Source of the DNA: an uncultured Nitrososphaeraceae archaeon
GTDB taxonomy: Archaea; Thermoproteota; Nitrososphaeria; Nitrososphaerales; Nitrososphaeraceae
Assembly (NCBI GenBank): GCA_963825865.1
Contig: CAWGVG010000013.1
Location: 1-64,000, forward strand
DNA: 64,000 nt
Direction: 5' to 3'
Under the pieces are notes generated by a model. The model did not search any database, was not told the origin of the DNA, and was given only the letters and a program-made list of their open reading frames with translations. Within the stretch, counting starts at the first letter, position 1. Every line of letters begins with the position of its first letter. The position numbers were made by a program, and so were the translations under genes. Positions 60,177 through 64,000 of the stretch are shown piece by piece.

Positions 60177-60652
60177 TCAATATGTTAGCTCGCCATTTAA
60201 AACATAGGCTGGCTTAGACACAAAGAATGATGATGAAATTATTTCTCTATATACCTCAGCTGTTTGTGGTGAAGAATTCAATCTCAAATCTATTGTACCA
60301 AGTTTATCATCTGTGAATTTTTCATCCCAATAGCTTATAGCTTTAATTCTTGCGTATCTTCCACTTTCAATTGAATGCAATGCATCCTTTATCCATTGAG
60401 TTTTATTTCCTTGTTGTGGGTCTTCCAATGTTCCAAACTCAAATACAGCCAGAGGTTTTGTCTTAGAAATTCAGCAAGTTCCTGGTAAACGGTATCAAGT
60501 ATTTGGGAGAAAGACTTCCATTCGGTATATGGTTGGTCTGCGCCATAAATACTAATCCCTATCCAATCAATATAATTATCTCCGGCATAGTAGTTCCTTA
60601 TGTTGTTCCAACTCTGCTGAAGCTCTATCCAATAATCTTTCATATTTTTCAT
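60177..60652 (-). pseudogene. GH26-like glycoside hydrolase C-terminal fragment
   Basis: NYYAGDNYIDWIGISIYG, KPLAVFEFG, IKAISYW. Confidence 0.7.
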
Positions 60653-60988
60653 CTTCTATTCCGATGAAAACTAACTATTTTACTGTACAGTAATTCTACT
60701 TTAACATTATTTTAACATTTTCTTTTGATAAAAAAAATTGAAACACCGTAACTCTTCTTCAAGAAAACCTAGTTTTAAAAAGGTAGACCAACAATCATTG
60801 CCATTATCGTTTGTTTTCGGTATGGTTCATCGTTTGCTTTATTTACATAACTTGTGAAAATGGTCCAGATCCAGTGAAATAAGCAATCACGACGTTATAT
60901 TATTATTATTCACCGCAGTCGATTATTTGTTATTGTTGTTCTGTCCGATCCAAGTGTAGGCTCTATTTTATATATCACTCCTTCTTCC

Positions 60989-63860
60989 TCAAACGGCAGC
61001 TGCCATTTCTTTATTTTGATGATAACCTTTGAGTGAAAGAACGTAAAGATAACCATCAGGCCCTACATCGATGTCAGTAATATTACCAAACCCTGCAGCA
61101 AAGACTAATTGTTTGTTCTCATGCATATCATCTGCAATTTTATCTGCAAGCGGTCCGCTAAGCAAGAACTCTGTTCTATTTTGATTTAGCTTAAAATCAT
61201 AAATATTTCCATTATTGAAATCTCCTATAAACATGTCATTTTCATATCGTTTTCCCAATTTATCGGAGCTAAAGAACTTCAGAGATGTTGGCATAATTGG
61301 CTTATACCATATAAATTCAGGAGCACGGTATTTTCCTCTTCCATCAAAATCTACCAAATTATCAGGATGTAATGTGATGTTTCCTGGTCTTGAGAAATTT
61401 ACTGTCTTCCAAATACCCTGAATCTGACTCCATCCGCTATTAAATCCAGGCTCAACAAGGTTTACCTCATCCCCGTATGTAGGACCAATTTCCGTGTCCC
61501 ATAGTTTTTTGGTTAAAGGATCAAAGTCCATACCAAAACTATTTCGTATTCCATATGCATAATAATATTTATTCATAGGGTCTTTGTTTTCACCAACAAT
61601 ACTGTTTACTGCTTGACCATCTTGTGTTAATCTCAGTATTCCACTACTACCATCTGGAACCAGTCCGCCCTTTACATTTTGAGCTTGAGTTGTATGACCA
61701 TCAAGATCTCCAATAACAGTATACACGTTACCATCAGGTCCGATAAATACTCTACCACCATTATTTGTTGGGCCAGGAGAAGCAGGAAGGTTTAGTAAGA
61801 GTTTAGGGTTTACAAGTTTGTTGTTAATTAGTTCGTATCTGTAAAGGCGATTATTCAATGAATTTTGTGCATTTTCTACAGGGTTAGTCGTATTACCTTT
61901 TGATACATATTCAGTATAATAAAGAAAGACGTATGTTTTTCCGATTTCCTTGTGATTTGCAACAGCGATCCCTAGCAATCCTCTTTCGCCGTCGTTTGAA
62001 ATGTTAACGTGAAGAAGAGGCTCTTGCAAGATCGTGCCATTTACTATTCTTTTCACATTGCCTTCATTTTTCTCCAATACAAGAAGATCGTTTGGACTCA
62101 GAAATGCCATACTCGTAGGGAACTTGAGTACCCCGTTGACTATTACTGGCTTTGCCTCAAAGTCACCTCTTTTCAAGATATCGTAATGTTCATTTTCGTA
62201 AATAACATGATATGACTGCCTTAAAACACCATTCCCAACAGGCTGCCACATAGTAAGTAAATCATCTATTTTGGATTGCCATTGTCCCCAAATAAGATAC
62301 GTTGGATCTTCTTTGTCTTCTTGTGTTGATGACCTATCTAAAACAATATAGTCTGCATATACCCAAGGATTGGCTTGAGATGTATTCCAGTATTTTCCAC
62401 TTCCTATATCAATAAAGTTCTTTAGCGGTATACCACTTTCAAACATTATTTCCTGACCATGCTGTGTTCCAGTGAAAAGTAAGATATTGCCCTCGGTATA
62501 CAATTTCTTCAGGTCCCTGCCCGTATCAAGTGCTATTTGATCGCTCCTTAAGAAAGATGTCGTAGAGTCAGCATCATGTAAAGCAACAATTTTTCCTATA
62601 TCGAAAATCTGGGGTCCAACCATAAATACCCATGACGCAATCACGAACCCGATAAAGGGTATAGTTAAAACCGTTCTTCTTGTTCTTTTTGCAATAAAAA
62701 TTACAACTGAAACACAAGTAAATGCAAAGAATGGTGCCATAAATACAAGGTACCGACCATTAGACCATCCTCCGCTTTTATCTGGAAGAATCTCTTGATA
62801 CCCCAGGCAGCATGGCTGTAAAGTCACTTAGCGTTGGAACAATTAGCATAGCTAGCAATAATAAACTAAATGGTAGCATCTTTCTATACATATAAAAATA
62901 CAACGAGATCCCTACAACGGAAAGAATTAACACAGGTATACCATACATTGCTTTGGATACATCAAATATTATTGATAATGAGCCAACAGGGTTAAGATAT
63001 AGGTGGTTGCTAAATGGCACCAAGGATGTTTGTACTTTTGCAGAATACGGACCAGTTGCAAAGTACAAAGGATCTTTTTGCACTAAAAAATTCCATACTG
63101 TCCACATAATTATACCTGCAAAGCTATATGGAACAGCAGCAACTATTATTGCCCGAATTCTGTACCTCAATGCCTTTCTACTTGATGTTACTAGAATAAC
63201 TAATAATATGAAGACGAGTGCAAAAGGTAGGACCCACCCCTCATAGCCTGTCAGAGTAGCTGCCGATATGGCAAACGCAGATTTAATTATGCTTCTGTAT
63301 TGTTTCCAAATATCAGTATCGTATCTATTATAATTATTATACCACTGCTGAATATAATAAACAGAGAGTATAAAAAACATCATAAATGGCGATTCCATCA
63401 TAGGAACAACGCCAATATAGATGACAGATGGATTAATGAGAAAAAGACAAGAAGATAGAATTCCCGCTAATGCAGAATCAAATTGTATTTTTGTAATTCT
63501 AAATAATACGACAGCCGTTACTGCTGTTGACATTGTGCTTACAATGGTGCCTGCCATTCCGCTATGGAATAGAAATTCATTAGTTACAAATGGTAAGAGC
63601 AACAAGTGAGTTATTGGTGGCCATACTGATCCAAGCTGCCCAAGACCAGGAGTTATTGAATCAAAGATCTCCCTAGCTATTACCAAATGAGATATGGCAT
63701 CGCTGTAATCTATTAGAGAATTTGGATTATGTCGTAATGTCATATATGAAAATAATGCACTGGTTAATATTGCTGCAGAAATAATGAATATTTCTAAATG
63801 TACTTTTGAATAGTCTCTATGATTTGAAAACATATTGCGAATTTTCTTAATAGTTGCCAT
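60989..63860 (-). CDS. GT-C (PMT/GT39-like) membrane glycosyltransferase fused to PQQ-dependent sugar dehydrogenase (GSDH) propeller; frameshift ~62805
   Basis: DAISHLVIAR..GQLGSVWPP..MMES..YEGW multi-TM region; GERGLLGIA, NGGRVFIGPDG, YGIRNSFG, GPDGYLYV. Confidence 0.85.
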
Positions 63861-64000
63861 TCTATTAGGTTTGATTTTTCATTTCGATAGAGAATCCATG
63901 GTATGTCTTGCTCCAGACTTTTGGTCTAAAAAATAATTCAAAAATAGCAATTGTAGAAGGAATACTCTGTAATGATAGATAGAATGGCATCAAGTAGGCA

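Overview
AT-rich archaeal DNA whose gene families point to a soil ammonia-oxidising archaeon (Nitrososphaeraceae). This is inferred from stand-alone receiver domains, a MEDS protein, a PsbP/YVTN surface protein, DsbA and Nitrososphaera-style secreted proteins. Many genes carry 1-bp frameshifts, and several of these fall on GCWGC motifs, which suggests long-read consensus errors. Most of 1-56 kb is a mosaic accessory region. It holds scattered remnants of tyrosine integrases and a terminase-like gene, and three IS elements (two IS630, one IS5-like). One IS630 interrupts an integrase right after its catalytic Arg, and the IS5-like element interrupts a HEPN gene just before its RxxxxH motif. There are two highlights. 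(1) A ~1.97 kb direct repeat (20142-22111 / 32472-34442) carries DsbA plus a secreted DUF922-like HExxH protein, and the two copies end in different Cys-rich tails. (2) Two convergent two-gene operons (41501-44850) encode four proteins that share an unrecognised 'AxTxIELD[GA]D...HxxNVxxA' domain, arranged as soluble + membrane-anchored pairs. The right end holds PadR, wecB, a GH26 fragment and a GT-C glycosyltransferase/PQQ-dehydrogenase fusion. No rRNA, intact tRNA or CRISPR array was seen.
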